Source of the DNA: Tricharina praecox
Lineage: Eukaryota
Assembly: GCF_024521635.1 (NCBI RefSeq)
Contig: NW_026250414.1
Coordinates: 744,001-808,000 of the forward strand
DNA: 64,000 bases
Direction: 5' to 3'
A program made the translations under genes and the position numbers. Numbering within the stretch: position 1 is the stretch's first letter; each line of letters opens with the position of its first letter. Below, piece by piece: positions 52,307 to 64,000 of the stretch. The notes beneath the pieces were generated by a model. It was not told the DNA's origin. It did not search any database and was given only the letters and a program-made list of their open reading frames with translations.

Positions 52307-53578
52307 GCAACAAGAGAAAACAATTCAACGTTTTAACGACTGCATCGGGCCTGCCCTCCATAGCACATAGGTCCCACCAGGTCCCAAAGGTCCCAACAAG
52401 GTCTCTCCTCCCAAATGCAAGGTCTCAACAAGGTCTCAACAAGGTCTCCTCTCCCCTGTGTTCACCTATGACGCCAAGCCGCCTCTTCCTTCGCGCCCCT
52501 CAATGCTCAAGGTGAAAGGTGATTTTCCTCTCGCGAGTGAGAGCTCTTGTCCCGTGGCACTCACGTGATATTCCCATGACTGTCCCATTGGAAGCCACCT
52601 CGGTTGATTAGGCTTTGGAAACATTGGGGAGGCCGCATGATCTTCTCTCTACTCTGTCGATCGGATGATTGCTGTCGGACCTTTTATTTTCTCTTTTGGT
52701 TCATCATATTTCACTCGACCGTGTCCAAAAAATTGCAAGTCTACACCCGTTCCCGTCTCCTCCGAATCCTACACGGTGCTTTTATCACGTGATCGGCCGG
52801 CTTGAGCCTTCTCACCCCCGCCCCCCCCATCTCCGCCAGCGTAGCATCAAAAGCGAAGCTCCAACGAGCTCCGCACATGCCACTCTTCCTCCTAGGTAGT
52901 CTTCCGTACCCGACGGTTCACTCGCGCTGCCCTCACCATTCTCTGGACATCTTTGCCCGCGGCAGTGACTAGAGTAGTACTCCGACTTCGTCGCCCCGCA
53001 GTTCCAGTATTCTACATACAGTGGTAAACAACTAGGGCTGATCGGTATGGAGGCAGTACCAGAGCCAGGCGGCAGTAGAATGATTGGAGGCAATCCAAAA
53101 ACAGCGGAATATTTACGGCCAAAAAATGATTATACTGAGAAAAGTAATGCGCATTGCCACGTCGGTACCGATAGATGTGAATCATCCTGTTATTTGATTT
53201 TGGTCGCGCTATGGCAGCATGCTGGTATTCAAATGAATGCGTCTTCACACAAAGCTCATAAACTTTCCAGATCGGTATAGCAGTATGCTGGTATTCAAAT
53301 GAATGCTGGCTTTCAAATGAATGCGTCTTTGCACAACTCTTATAGTAGTACCGGGGTGAATGCTGATTTTATATCACTACGGACCGGTTTGTATGCAGTA
53401 ATCCAGTGTGTCTCGCATTGAACTTCTATCTAGTATTCTCTCTACTTCCTTCACTATTTAATATTCTTTCTAGCCTGTGCCAAGTGGATGTATTGCGCCG
53501 AGGGGAATGGAGAATAGAGTTGCTGCTAGAAAAGCTATGAGAGAGAAGCTACCAGCGAGGGTAGAGTGCTGGGAAGGG

Positions 53579-53650
53579 TAGAGTTGCGACCAGAATATCT
53601 AGAGTTGCGACCAGAATATCTAGAGTTGCGACCAGAATATCTAGAGTTGC
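53579..53650. repeat. 21-bp tandem repeat (TAGAGTTGCGACCAGAATATC) x3.5
   Basis: Directly visible. Confidence 0.92.
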
Positions 53651-54279
53651 GCCGAGAGTAGCAGTTGCGGCGGGAGTGGGAACTACTCACACGGCCAGAA
53701 ATTTAGACCTCCCCCCCCCCCCCCCACCTCCACCCCTCTGCAGGTTATTATCTGAGATTGGATCTGTGGCTGAGGATGAGCAGTTACCCTATGCGACGAC
53801 ACTGAGGAATCCTCGTTCATCAGCAACTATTTAAAGGGCGTGGATGTGGGGGGGAGCGGGGGGTATTCACAGACGGGCCAGCAGGCAAGCACCAGTAGGA
53901 AGGAGATGGTATCTGCGGTGTCCAGGTGGACTAGAAGCACGTAATTAGCAGGGCGGGGAGTAGGACTGGAAGCGGGGCAATTAGCGGGATCAGAAGCAAT
54001 AGGGAGGGGAATATCCACAGCGCAGCCAGTACTGCTCCACAGCAGCGAGAGGGGGCTATCTCTATGGCAGCGAGGGAATCCATCTCCATGGCAGCGAGAG
54101 GGTCCATCTCCAGGGCCAATCCAGTGCTGTATCCAGGTTAGGAAGAGGGCAATTCTTAGGCGAATTCAGTGCTGTATCAGCTGCAGATCTAGCAGAGCGA
54201 ATAGTAGCAGTAGGGATGGGGGGAAGGGGAGGGCGATATTCACAGCCCAGCCTGTGCTGCGTTCGCGGCGGGTTGTGGT

Positions 54280-54770
54280 GGAACTGTCAGCGTGAGGAAG
54301 TGGAGGAGCTGTCTGTGAGAAGAGGAGCTGTCAGCAAGATGGGGGAGTTGTCAGCGAGGGGAGGTGATGAAGGAGCTATCAGCTAGGAGGAGTAGCTGTC
54401 AACAAGATGGAAGAGTTGTCAGCGTGAGGAGGTGATGGAGAAGTTGCCAGCGGGGAGGACTTGTCAGTGTGAGGAAATGATGGAGTAGCTGTCTGTGAAC
54501 TTCGCAGCGGACACAGGGGGGTGAGGAGCATTTGTAATAGCAAGAGATGCTAAGTGCGATGGGTCGAACAGGGTGAGTAGCAATGGCGAGGGGGGAGAGG
54601 GAGGGAAGAGGGAGGGGTGGTATTCACAGGGCAGCTAGAGCTGCATCTGGGGAGGGTTGTGGCGGTACTGTTGGTGAGAAAAAAGTTATGGAAGAAGTGA
54701 TGGAGGAGCTGTCTGTGACATTCGCAGCGGATGCAGGAGGGCGAGGAGCAGTTGTAGTAAGTAGCAAGAA
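54280..54770. repeat. Degenerate GAGCTGTCAGC-type repeat region including a ~65-bp duplication (~54480-54545 and ~54700-54770)
   Basis: Recurrent GAG(C/T)TGTC(A/T)G motif; TGGAG.AGCTGTCTGTGA..TTCGCAGCGGA..GAGGAGCA.TTGTA occurs twice. Confidence 0.7.
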
Positions 54771-55460
54771 ACGCTATCCGCGACGGGTCCCGGTTCACCT
54801 ATCTTTCTCCAATCTTATCAGATCCGTGTGATCGGCGGTGACTCCTGCATGTAGCAGTAGGGGGAGACGGTATCCTAATTCTATGCAGCAGTCGTCATAT
54901 CCGAGCATTTGCCTTTATGTTGGTAATCGTCCAGAATGCTGTAACCATTCGTACAGTGCCGTACCTAATACCTAGTATGTCGTGAAAACGGCATTCAAAA
55001 GAATTCCGCACGTGGTTTCGCTACCTAGTATTATGATAGCCATAGCACTACGAAGGGTACATGATTACGTACTGAAGGCATCGGGCATCCTGTCTGTAAA
55101 TGCAGCATTTAGACCGGATCCCGCAGTCATAAAATCAGGCATTGTTCACCAGCATTTCATACAAATGTGCATTATAAAACCGGTACAGAGTGTTACAACT
55201 ACGGTAGCGCGACAGGATTTCGGACATGACGCATTCATATGAATCTGCATTACATTGGGTGCTAAATTCTATCACGGTACTGAAACAACATGGAAATTGC
55301 ACCATTCAAGTTGCACTCTGGTCCCGAGCAGCCCATATTTTTTACTACTGTACACAGACCATGCATGTCGGTAGATCGATCTGAGTCGGTCTGCCAAGGT
55401 GCAGTCCCGACCAACGGTTGGTCGGTCGGCCCGAATTAAGCCGACCCCGGAATAACGAAA

Positions 55461-56010
55461 GATCTTGCCCATATGGCTTTGACGTAGGTATCTCACTCTC
55501 CCTGCGATGAGTGCTGAGCCACTGGAACGTATGTTCAGCGCTGCATGGATCACACACTCTCTCTATGATCGCCGTCGCCGCATGGGAGCTGACGTGCTTG
55601 AGGCTGTTGAGTGCTGAAAAAGCTGGCAGAGGGATGGCATGATTGTAGCTATGTACGAAGGGGGATGTTGAGAGTTGAAACAATTGAGCAGATTTTGCCG
55701 TTGGCAGCCCTTTGCGAGGAGGATCTGATGACAGGTGTGATAGCGATAGGTAGTCTACCGGTATACCAAAGAATTGCTACTACTTCACTCCCGGCGGCGT
55801 ACTGAACTTTTTTGCCAAATCTCGAACGTTTCTTGTCCAGACTTATCCCGACCTCATACATATGTCTGGTCGGTCCGGATAGGTATATTCCGACCAGTCC
55901 GAACCTAAAAGAACATATCCCGACCATTCCGGACTGAATTTTTTTTAGTCCGGATATATCCCGACCAGTCCCGATCATGCCCAAAATTGGTCGGGACTGG
56001 ACATCCCGTC
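55461..56010 (+). mobile_element. hAT transposon remnant: C-terminal dimerization domain plus 3' subterminal repeats
   Basis: With frameshifts 55461-55730 reads DLAHMA..YLTLPAMSAEPLERMFSAAWIT..DRRRRMGADVLEAVEC/KSWQRDG, matching the hAT consensus LA.MA..LSIPA.SA..ER.FS......DRR.RL....EALECLKSW; arrays of ATCCCGACCAGTCC at 55845-56000. Confidence 0.85.
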
Positions 56011-56633
56011 AGTAGCCCCGCCAACCGGCTCGACACGCAGCAATCCCCTTACCCCGCCTGGCGGCCTGGGCACCAAGCCGATACTAGAGCGCGCCGGGAA
56101 AACACACGGTATATAGTGGTGATGATACCCCATGTCCGCGCGGGAGGGGCACCATCGATTGATATTCGCATACAGCCTTCCCATCATTCCATGTAGATGT
56201 GTACCGGGTGATTTCCTATCTATACCCGCTCCGCAAAGAGCGGCGTGGAGACCCCGCTGCCAAGTGCCCACACGGTCCGGTCCGTTGCGGCGCCGACAGC
56301 GCGCCGGACCCTATGTATGCCGGTATCTTATGCCGGTATCCGGGGCGTATGATACGCGAGGCTGGATTTCGCAGCGCCGGCCTGCAAAGTCCAAAGTCCA
56401 AAGCTCAACCGACCAATACATGTTCCAATTCCAATTCCGATTCCGATTCCGAAAAGCAAAAAAACATACCCTAGGTAAGATGTACACACAGATTGTCCAA
56501 TGTGATAATAATAAGCGTACCAAGCGTGCCAAGCGTACCAAGCGTACCAAACCAAGTAAAGCAAAGTAAAAGCAAGATTTGTGCTGCAGTGTAGTTGCAG
56601 TCCGTCCGTCCGTCTACCTCCCCTCCCCCTCCC

Positions 56634-58742
56634 CTAGCACCCATGCACAAACAAATCCCCCTCCCCCGTGCGCCTCTTCTTGACCTGACAATGAACCCTC
56701 GTAACATAGCCCTGGACCTCCTTATCTGCCTCATCATACAGTCTCTTAAGCGGGAGCTTCTGCGTCGGCGCCATATCCTGCCTCCACACCTCGACATGGT
56801 AGGCCTTTGCAGGCCAAAAGCCGGCATGGGACTCCTCCGAGACCGCGAGCGGCGGCTGGAACACGCACGTTTCGACGGTACCGTCGCCGCCGAACGGCGT
56901 GCGGATTATCGACAACAGGTGCAGCGCGAGCGCGTCCAGGTCGATCGGCTGCGAGGCCGGTGGCGCGTGTGGGAATGCCGCCGCAAGGTTCGGGTCCGAC
57001 AGTGGGAATAACCGTGCGTATGGCTGCACCACGTCAAGGAACTTTTTGGCTAGTGGGTCCCGGTCGGAACAGGTTAGGAGCACTTTCACCAACAGCGTGG
57101 CCGATGCGAGGTCGGCTGCGTAGTCGGCCGCTGGCCGGTGGTGCCGCTGCTTTTGCACGATTTGGAAGAGGAGGAGGGTTAAAGAGTTGAAGGATTGGCC
57201 GCTGGGGATGGGTTAGTGGGTGAGTGATGAGGGAGGAGGGAGGGAGGAACGGGGGACAAACATTACGAGCCAACACCGTTTGAAGAGGATTTGCTCGTTG
57301 TCGATGATTCCGACGACGGTGGCAACGTTGTGTGCGGCTTCGAGACACAGGTCCATATATCGCCGGGCTTCCTCTTTTGTGCCGTCATAGAGCCATGGGT
57401 CACCAGCATGACGGCTGACAAGGAGAATGAGCGATGGCCGCGTCAGCAGCAACATTGAGCCGAGATACGTCAAGTGCACCAGCAGGATCGAGCGGCGGGT
57501 AGAGCTGTCGCAGGCGTCACTGAGAAGGGTGTCGAGGCGCATGAACCTACATTGGGTCAGTGGGGAGAACATCAGGTTCTTGTAGGTGGACGAATTCCTA
57601 CTTTGGCAGCTCTTGCAACCAGCACTCCAGTTTCTTCATGTACGCATTTGTCACATTGATGCCGCAGCGGCCCGTTCCATAGACGTTCTTCATGATTTCC
57701 TCCATGAGGAAAGCGATCCTGCCCAGTTCCGTCTGCACCACTTCGACGTCCACCACAACCATTTCCGCGGTAGGGGTGGTGGGGGAATCTTCCCCGTCCT
57801 CTATCGGGGTGATATCGATGGTATCCGATGGGCTCAAGTGCTGTGCAACTCGGCCGAGTGTACCTACCATCCAGCTGTTTTTTTGACGTCAATATCTAGT
57901 GAGTAGCGACCGCAGGAGGGCCGAGCAGGTAAAAAAAAAAGCTAGAAGGCGTACCTCTCCAGGAATTTCAGTGACCGCCAGCACTTCCTGTACGGGATCC
58001 TATCCCTCCCTTTGAACAGCCCAGCCTCGTCGTTCTTTTTATGCAGTCCATATCTCACGGCAATCTTCATCGCAGCCGCTGCCATCCGCAAAAGCATTCC
58101 CCGCGCCGATCAGCAATCTCCCCTCCCCGAACCTGCCCAGGCCTAGGAGAGAGCAAACATACAGATGTACGACATAGCGACGAACCTCTTCTCGATGATG
58201 GAAAACAGGGCGCACAGCGTGTATACCCTGATGACCCTGACCTCGTCGCCCTTCCTGACATCCTCGGTGTAGGCCTTTGCGGTTTCCCACAGGGCAATCC
58301 TTTGGGCCTCTGTCACACCCTCGTAGTCGTACTGGGCGCCCACCGCGGCGATGGCACACAGTTCGCCCAGCACCGCCCGCGTCCGCCGTGCGCCGCCCCA
58401 GTAGATGCTCCGGAATAGGTCGAATGAGTTCTCGCGGCTGATGATGTAGAACAGTGTCCCGGAGCAGGCATAGAAGGCATCGAGGATGGTCGAGATCAGC
58501 TCGGGCGGCGGCAGGCAGGCGAGCGTGTAGCGGTGCGGCGGCGTCGACGTGATGGACGGGAAGTCGGTGATGGAGGGCAGCCGGCTCTGCGCGCGGATCG
58601 GCCGGAGGAACTTTATGGCGAACGTGGGCAGGCGGATCTCGGCCTGGGGAGACGCCGAGGGCGTGGGGGTTGGAGAGGGAGAGGGAGAGGGCGTCGACAT
58701 GAGCGAGAGCTGGTATTGAGCGTGGCCGTCGTATTGTGCCAT
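56634..58742 (-). CDS. Fungal-specific transcription factor domain (middle homology region) protein without a Zn2Cys6 cluster; exons 58742-58163, 58078-57955, 57874-57602, 57546-57262, 57201-56634
   Basis: LPPPELISTILDAFY..LCAIAAVGAQY..SAAMKIAVRYGLHK..YRKCWRSLKFLESWMVGTLGR..LECWLQELPKFMRL..HLTYLGSMLLLTRP..CLEAAHNV; four GT-AG introns join in frame. Confidence 0.85.
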
Positions 58743-61700
58743 AGCTAGAGGAGGAACTGGAACTTTGCGCTTTTTCGTTATGGGATCGATCGATCGTCTG
58801 CGAGATACCCTGGAGAGATCACGAAATATCCGTGATCCTCGACTCCTTAAGCTTAAATATATACCCACCCATCTTCCGTTCTTCCTGTTCCCCCCCATCC
58901 CCTTCCTCCACCCTTCCCTTCCTCCCCCGCTACCGCCGCTCGAGGACCGCCCAATTCTCTGGTCCAGGTCTCGGAGTCCCATGGCCAGGCCAGTTGTGTG
59001 GGCCACTTCCAGGGTGGCGAGCGGCCCGATGCGGCATAGCGCACTATTTCTAATCCCCCCCAGACCGCATCGACACCGCCAAGTTCCAGCCTCCCAATCA
59101 GCCGAGGAAATCCTTACCGAGAGAAAAAGGAAAGAAAAAAAACAAAGGAAAAGAAGCACCGAAAAACAAAGGTGCACGTGGGATCAGCAAGAAGATATCT
59201 CCACAAAAATAGGGGAGGGGGTCCCGGAAACAAAGACATGTCAAATCTGGACCCGTCGATCGCGATTGCAGACGTAAGGAGAGAGACAGAGAGGCCAGCT
59301 CGGCGCTGATGAGCGCCAAGCGGGCTGCTTCCGCCAACCACCACCACCACCACCACGCCAACCGACCCAGCCAGCCAGCCAGCCAGCCTCATCTCGCCGC
59401 CGCCAGGACAGAACGCAACCAAGACGGATCTACATACTGCATGCTATCCAGCTATATATCCAGTTATCCAGTTATCCAGTAATAAATAATACACTGATGC
59501 GCAACAATGTCCAGTTTCGGAGCGCGGGTTTTTGCTTATTCCATTCCACCGACCTCTGGAGGAGTCTGGTTGGTTAGGGCTCGCTAGAGCAGAGCAGCAG
59601 TCCGCTGCGCAAAGCAGCGAAGAAGCCCAGACACAGACACAGACACAGACGGTGTCAGCAAACCAAACGCGCCCGAGCGCCTCGCGGCCTCGCCTCGCCC
59701 AACTATTTGTGGGGCGAGCGGTGCGGTGAAAGTGAAGAGAAAGTGAAGGTGAAAGTGAATTTGTTGCAACTTGTACCGGTATCATAGATAACTTGTTGCG
59801 CTGTTCTGTGCTGTGCTGTGCTTGGAGAGTTCGCACATAGCATATCATATCACATATCGAGAGTTCATATCTATCGAGAGACATACATAGAGCACATAGA
59901 GCACATAGAGCACCGGTGCCTATAACTACCGGTATCCAGTAGATACCGACGATGAGCTGAGCGCTTCCATGCATCCGATTCCAAAATTCCCATTCCTCCT
60001 TCAAATTTAAGCCTGTTGATCGTCGACGACGGACTCGCAAGTTCGCAACTAGATATCACATCAAGGATTCACGGATTCGAGGTTTGGTTAGATAGATGCT
60101 TGCATATCATAGTACTCCGCATACCCATAGCATATGACGCGTGTTTGCGCGAGCGCTAGGCTCCGCAGGCACCACGCAGGGTACATAAATACCGTAGCCG
60201 TGCACTCCAGATATCGGTACAAAGATTCTCCATATCAACGGCATCGGGATGTCTAGTTGCCTCCATATCTACTCTAGATACCGCACTCCATACATACATA
60301 CCTGGGATGGTTTATGGCTTGATGGCTCTCGGGATGTAGACAGACAGACAGTAGGGCAGGGACGTCCTCCGTTACTCATTTCGGAATGGCCAAGCACGTG
60401 TTGGTTTGTTACGGATGCGTGGTCACTCTGATCGCTGAGTCTTGAGGATTCCACGGTCGTCGGTGGGTATGTAGAGTATTTACACCGGTCTGCATGTGAT
60501 ATGATGGATCATATTGAGCTGTGGAATCTGGAATCTAGATGTAGCTCGATGCTGTGGATACCAACAGAGCGCGATGCCGGTAGGTACTGTGCTCGAAATC
60601 CCCCCAATCGCATGGGCCAATCATCCAATCACCCAATCATCCACCCTCGGTACATATCCACTCTATACATACATATAGAGTACTCTAGATACCCACGATT
60701 CCAGCCAGTCCCAAAAACCCCGATTCCCGTCGCCCGCAGGGCCGCAGGCTGCATAGATGGTACCCCGATCGGCGGTGAGCGAGCGAGTTTTTTTGTTTAC
60801 TCATCACATGAAGGTATTGCTTCCGACCTGGGACAATGGCGGTTACGTAACTTCATAACCGGCCTGACGGCGTCTGCTGCTGCGCTGCCGAACGGATGCC
60901 CCTACATACGCCCGCCAGCTGGGCGGTGGGTGGGTGCATGCTGGTTCTAACTTCCCGGCGGGTTCTCAGTGGGTTTGCCGTATTCGAGCTATGCACTTCT
61001 GTGCAAGACCAGGACTCAGCGGGACTCAGCACGGGACTCAGGAGAGAGCGCCGTTAGCCGAGATGGCTGCCAACAACGCCGCGCGCGCCGCGTGGATTCC
61101 TCACTACACATCGGCGCAACCTAGAGTAAGAGTGAGAGTAAGAGAAGAGCACCTATCGGCCGGACATACGGTAGATGTGTAAGTACCTTTTGTTTTGTTC
61201 GTCATAGGCACTTTTAACGCCCTGACCTATCCAGAGTAGAGTAGAGTGCCAGGTATCGACATCATTAGCATTAGCAGCGGCATCGGCTAACGGGGTACGA
61301 GGTCGGGGTTAATTAGCAGCTGTGGCTATCGCCGGTGTCGGTAACTAGCGGTAGAGAACTACCGCCGTCGTGAATGTGATATTCCCTCCTTCCCTTGGTT
61401 TTCTTTCCTCTTCTGTATGTATGGGTTCTCTGGCGAGTAGCGACGCCAGGCCTTGGAAATTGGAATTCCAAATCTCAAATTTCAAATGCGTACTCTACTC
61501 ACATGGCCGGAAATGTGGCTGAGGATGTTCAATTACTACGGTGAGCCAATCACAGCCACAGCTCTAACAGGGGGGGGATAAGTCTTTCCGGCCGTGTGAG
61601 TACTCTACATACCGGTATTGCTCGTCCACAATACCCGATGAGGTCACCGTACTGGTTCAATACTGGTTCACCGTTCGAGTGGCGTTCCCCGGAAACAACC

Positions 61701-62275
61701 TAGAGAGGTGGGATGGCTGTCGAACTGGCCTACCTGTCGAACCCGCCCAGTCGCCAGGAGAGGAGTTTATGGATGATTGGTTGGCGTCTGAGCGGGTTCG
61801 ACAGGTAGGCCAGTTCGACAGCCATCCCACCTCTCTAGGTTGTTTCCGGGGAACGCCACCCACCCCTCTACAGCCGTCGCCGGTGGCCGGTGGCCGAACC
61901 CGACATTTGAAGTTCAAGGCGCTGGTACCGTACTACCTACACAACACCCTGCCTGTGTCTAGCAGCTGCAGGAGTGCCCACCGCCTCGCTGTAAGCCTGT
62001 AACTACTCTAGCATCCGTCCTTCCGTCCACAAACAGTTTCGAGATGGGGAGGTGGGGAGGTGGGTACGCGGGTGGGTAGGTAGGTGGGTGGGTAGGCGGG
62101 AAACCGGTTTCTGGAATCTGCTGCCTACTTCACCTCCCACAAAGTACTAGTCGTTGCTGTCGCTGTCCCGACTCCCGACTGCTGTCTGCTGCCTTCTTGG
62201 GGCGCTCCTGCCTTCCTTCCTTCTTCATTCTCCATGGCGGGGGCGGGGCGGGATGGGGGGTGGGGGGTGGAAGGG

Positions 62276-62360
62276 GGGGCACTGGAGGGGGTGGACACTG
62301 GACACTGGAGGGGGTGGACACTGGACACTGGAGGGGGTGGACACTGGACACTGGAGGGGG
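62276..62360. repeat. 23-bp tandem repeat (GGGGGTGGACACTGGACACTGGA), ~3 copies
   Basis: Directly visible; a (CAC)n tract follows at ~62468-62520. Confidence 0.9.
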
Positions 62361-62990
62361 GGCACTTCTTGCAGCGATGACCGCAGGCCGCAGGCGGCAG
62401 GTCTGTGGCGTATGCATACATACCGTATTCGGGCGCTCACAGTGCACAGTCCACACTACCAGCAGCAGCACCACCACCACCACCACCACCACCACCACCA
62501 CCACCACCACCACCAACACCAGCTGCAAGCACGCTGGGCGCCTTTTTTGTTCTTGCACCCCAACGGTCGTATTCGATTGGATTCGCTTTTCTCGTCCGCG
62601 CGAGGTCTGGATTGGCCTGACGCCGCCCTTCGATCATTTCTCCTCACTTCTCCGCACTCCCCACTCCGCACTCCCCTCCAACCGTGGTTCTCCATCGAAC
62701 CACCACCATCATCACCAACCCGTAGTCCCATAACATTGCACATTGCACAAAGATAGGCGGTAACTAACAAACTGTGTGGTCATTTTTTCCCCAGGTTTGG
62801 ACGGTGGACGGTGGACGGTGGACGATGGAGGATGAGACTCGTTTAACTTGGGATGATAGAGTAGAAGGCGGTATAGTAGAGTATCATACTTAGCGCAGAA
62901 ACCAACGTGCCCAGTTTACGGCCAAAAACCGGAACCTGGGGCTGTATGGCGAGTGATATTCTATGATAACTGGGTGCATCATACCATTGC

Positions 62991-63620
62991 GACCTGCGCT
63001 GCGGATTCCAGTCTCGCGTACCTATCATACGCCCTCGGATACCGGCATAAGATATTGGCATACATAGGGTTTGGCGCCGCAACGGACCGTGTGGACACAT
63101 GACAGCGGGATCTCCACGCCCTTTGCTTTGCGGAGCGGGTATAGATAGGAAAGGAGTTTCTACATAGTTCTTCGGTACGTTCGCCACGGTCTACTAGTAC
63201 GTACATATCTACATACATATGTAGAAAGGCCGTATGCGAAAAGCAATCGATGTTGCCTCTGCCGCGCGGACACGAAGTAGGTATGATACCTATCCCGATT
63301 CATCACTAGCACCGTGTGTGTGTTTTCGCTGGTGCGCTCTTGGTACATACATCGGCTTGGTGCCCAGGCCGTCAGGCCGCCAGGCGGGGGAAGGGGATTG
63401 CCGCGCGTCGAGCCAGTTGTCCGGCCTGCTAACGGGATGTCCTGTCCAGTCCCGACTAATTTTAGGTATGGTCGGGACTGGTCGGGATATATCCGGACTA
63501 AAAAATTTCACGTCCGAACTCCGGACTGGTCGGGATATATCCGGACCGAAACTTTTCTGGTCGGTACTGGCCGGGATACTCTACTCTATACCCGTCCAGA
63601 TCAAAATCTTTTAGTCGGGG
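62991..63620 (-). mobile_element. Inverted diverged copy of 55845-56380 (hAT subterminal end plus adjoining sequence)
   Basis: Reverse complement shares TTTAGTCCGGATATATCCCGACCAGTCCCGA, GGCCTGGGCACCAAGCCGAT, TTTCCTATCTATACCCGCTCCGCAAAG and ATCTTATGCCGGTATCCG with 55845-56380. Confidence 0.88.
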
Positions 63621-64000
63621 ACTGGTTTCGGTCAGAGGTCACATGGTTACGGTTGCGGTTGCGTGGTTGCTTGTGATATCACTCGCGACATAATTGATAT
63701 GGTTTGGTCGGGTTGGAAATGAGCCGTGCACAGTACATAATGGAAAGAACCGCCTCGATACCCGGTGCGGATGGTGCCGCTCTATAAGAGTCAAAACCTA
63801 GACGCGGGAGCATCTCGACAAGTGCTGCCCCGAAGTTCGAACGGAAGAGCTAGCAGACGATCCTGCGGGCAGAGGTTCGGACGGAGACGGGGAGGGGCAA
63901 CGGCGTGTGTACACTACGGTATATTGTCATGTGCCTGGAAAGGTCACGAGCGATCAGCGATTAAACAAACAAAAAAGCGTGCACGGTAATCGATGTACCT

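Noticed and set aside
58743-59177. N-terminal extension of the TF ORF given in the ORF track
   Set aside because: Non-ATG start and UTR-like low-complexity translation; no zinc-cluster cysteines; the ATG at 58742 is preferred
1-64000. tRNA, 5S/rRNA or snRNA genes
   Set aside because: None recognised by eye; tRNAscan-SE and Infernal would be needed to exclude them

Overview
Eukaryotic DNA from a filamentous ascomycete: short GT-AG introns with CTAAC/CTGAC branch sites, many microsatellites, low gene density. Spliced gene models reconstructed by eye: the 3' end of an unknown gene, RAD10/ERCC1, Mediator MED19/ROX3, a conserved fungal protein of unknown function, a 57-aa Cys/His-rich microprotein below the ORF-track cutoff, a 124-aa cytochrome-b5-like heme/steroid-binding protein, a cytochrome P450 divergent from a PTH11-like (rhodopsin-domain) membrane protein, and a fungal transcription-factor middle-homology protein with no visible Zn2Cys6 domain. 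Intergenic DNA carries relics: a 626-bp TIR element, a gag-like element between direct repeats, a hAT transposase remnant whose end recurs inverted on the far side of the TF gene, two probable NB-ARC (NLR) pseudogene fragments, a dispersed gene-5'-end repeat and an array of covarying hairpins. Best leads: the microprotein, the ~2-kb ATG-free region upstream of MED19, the hairpin array and the P450/PTH11-like/TF neighbourhood. Family assignments come from motif recognition, not database searches.
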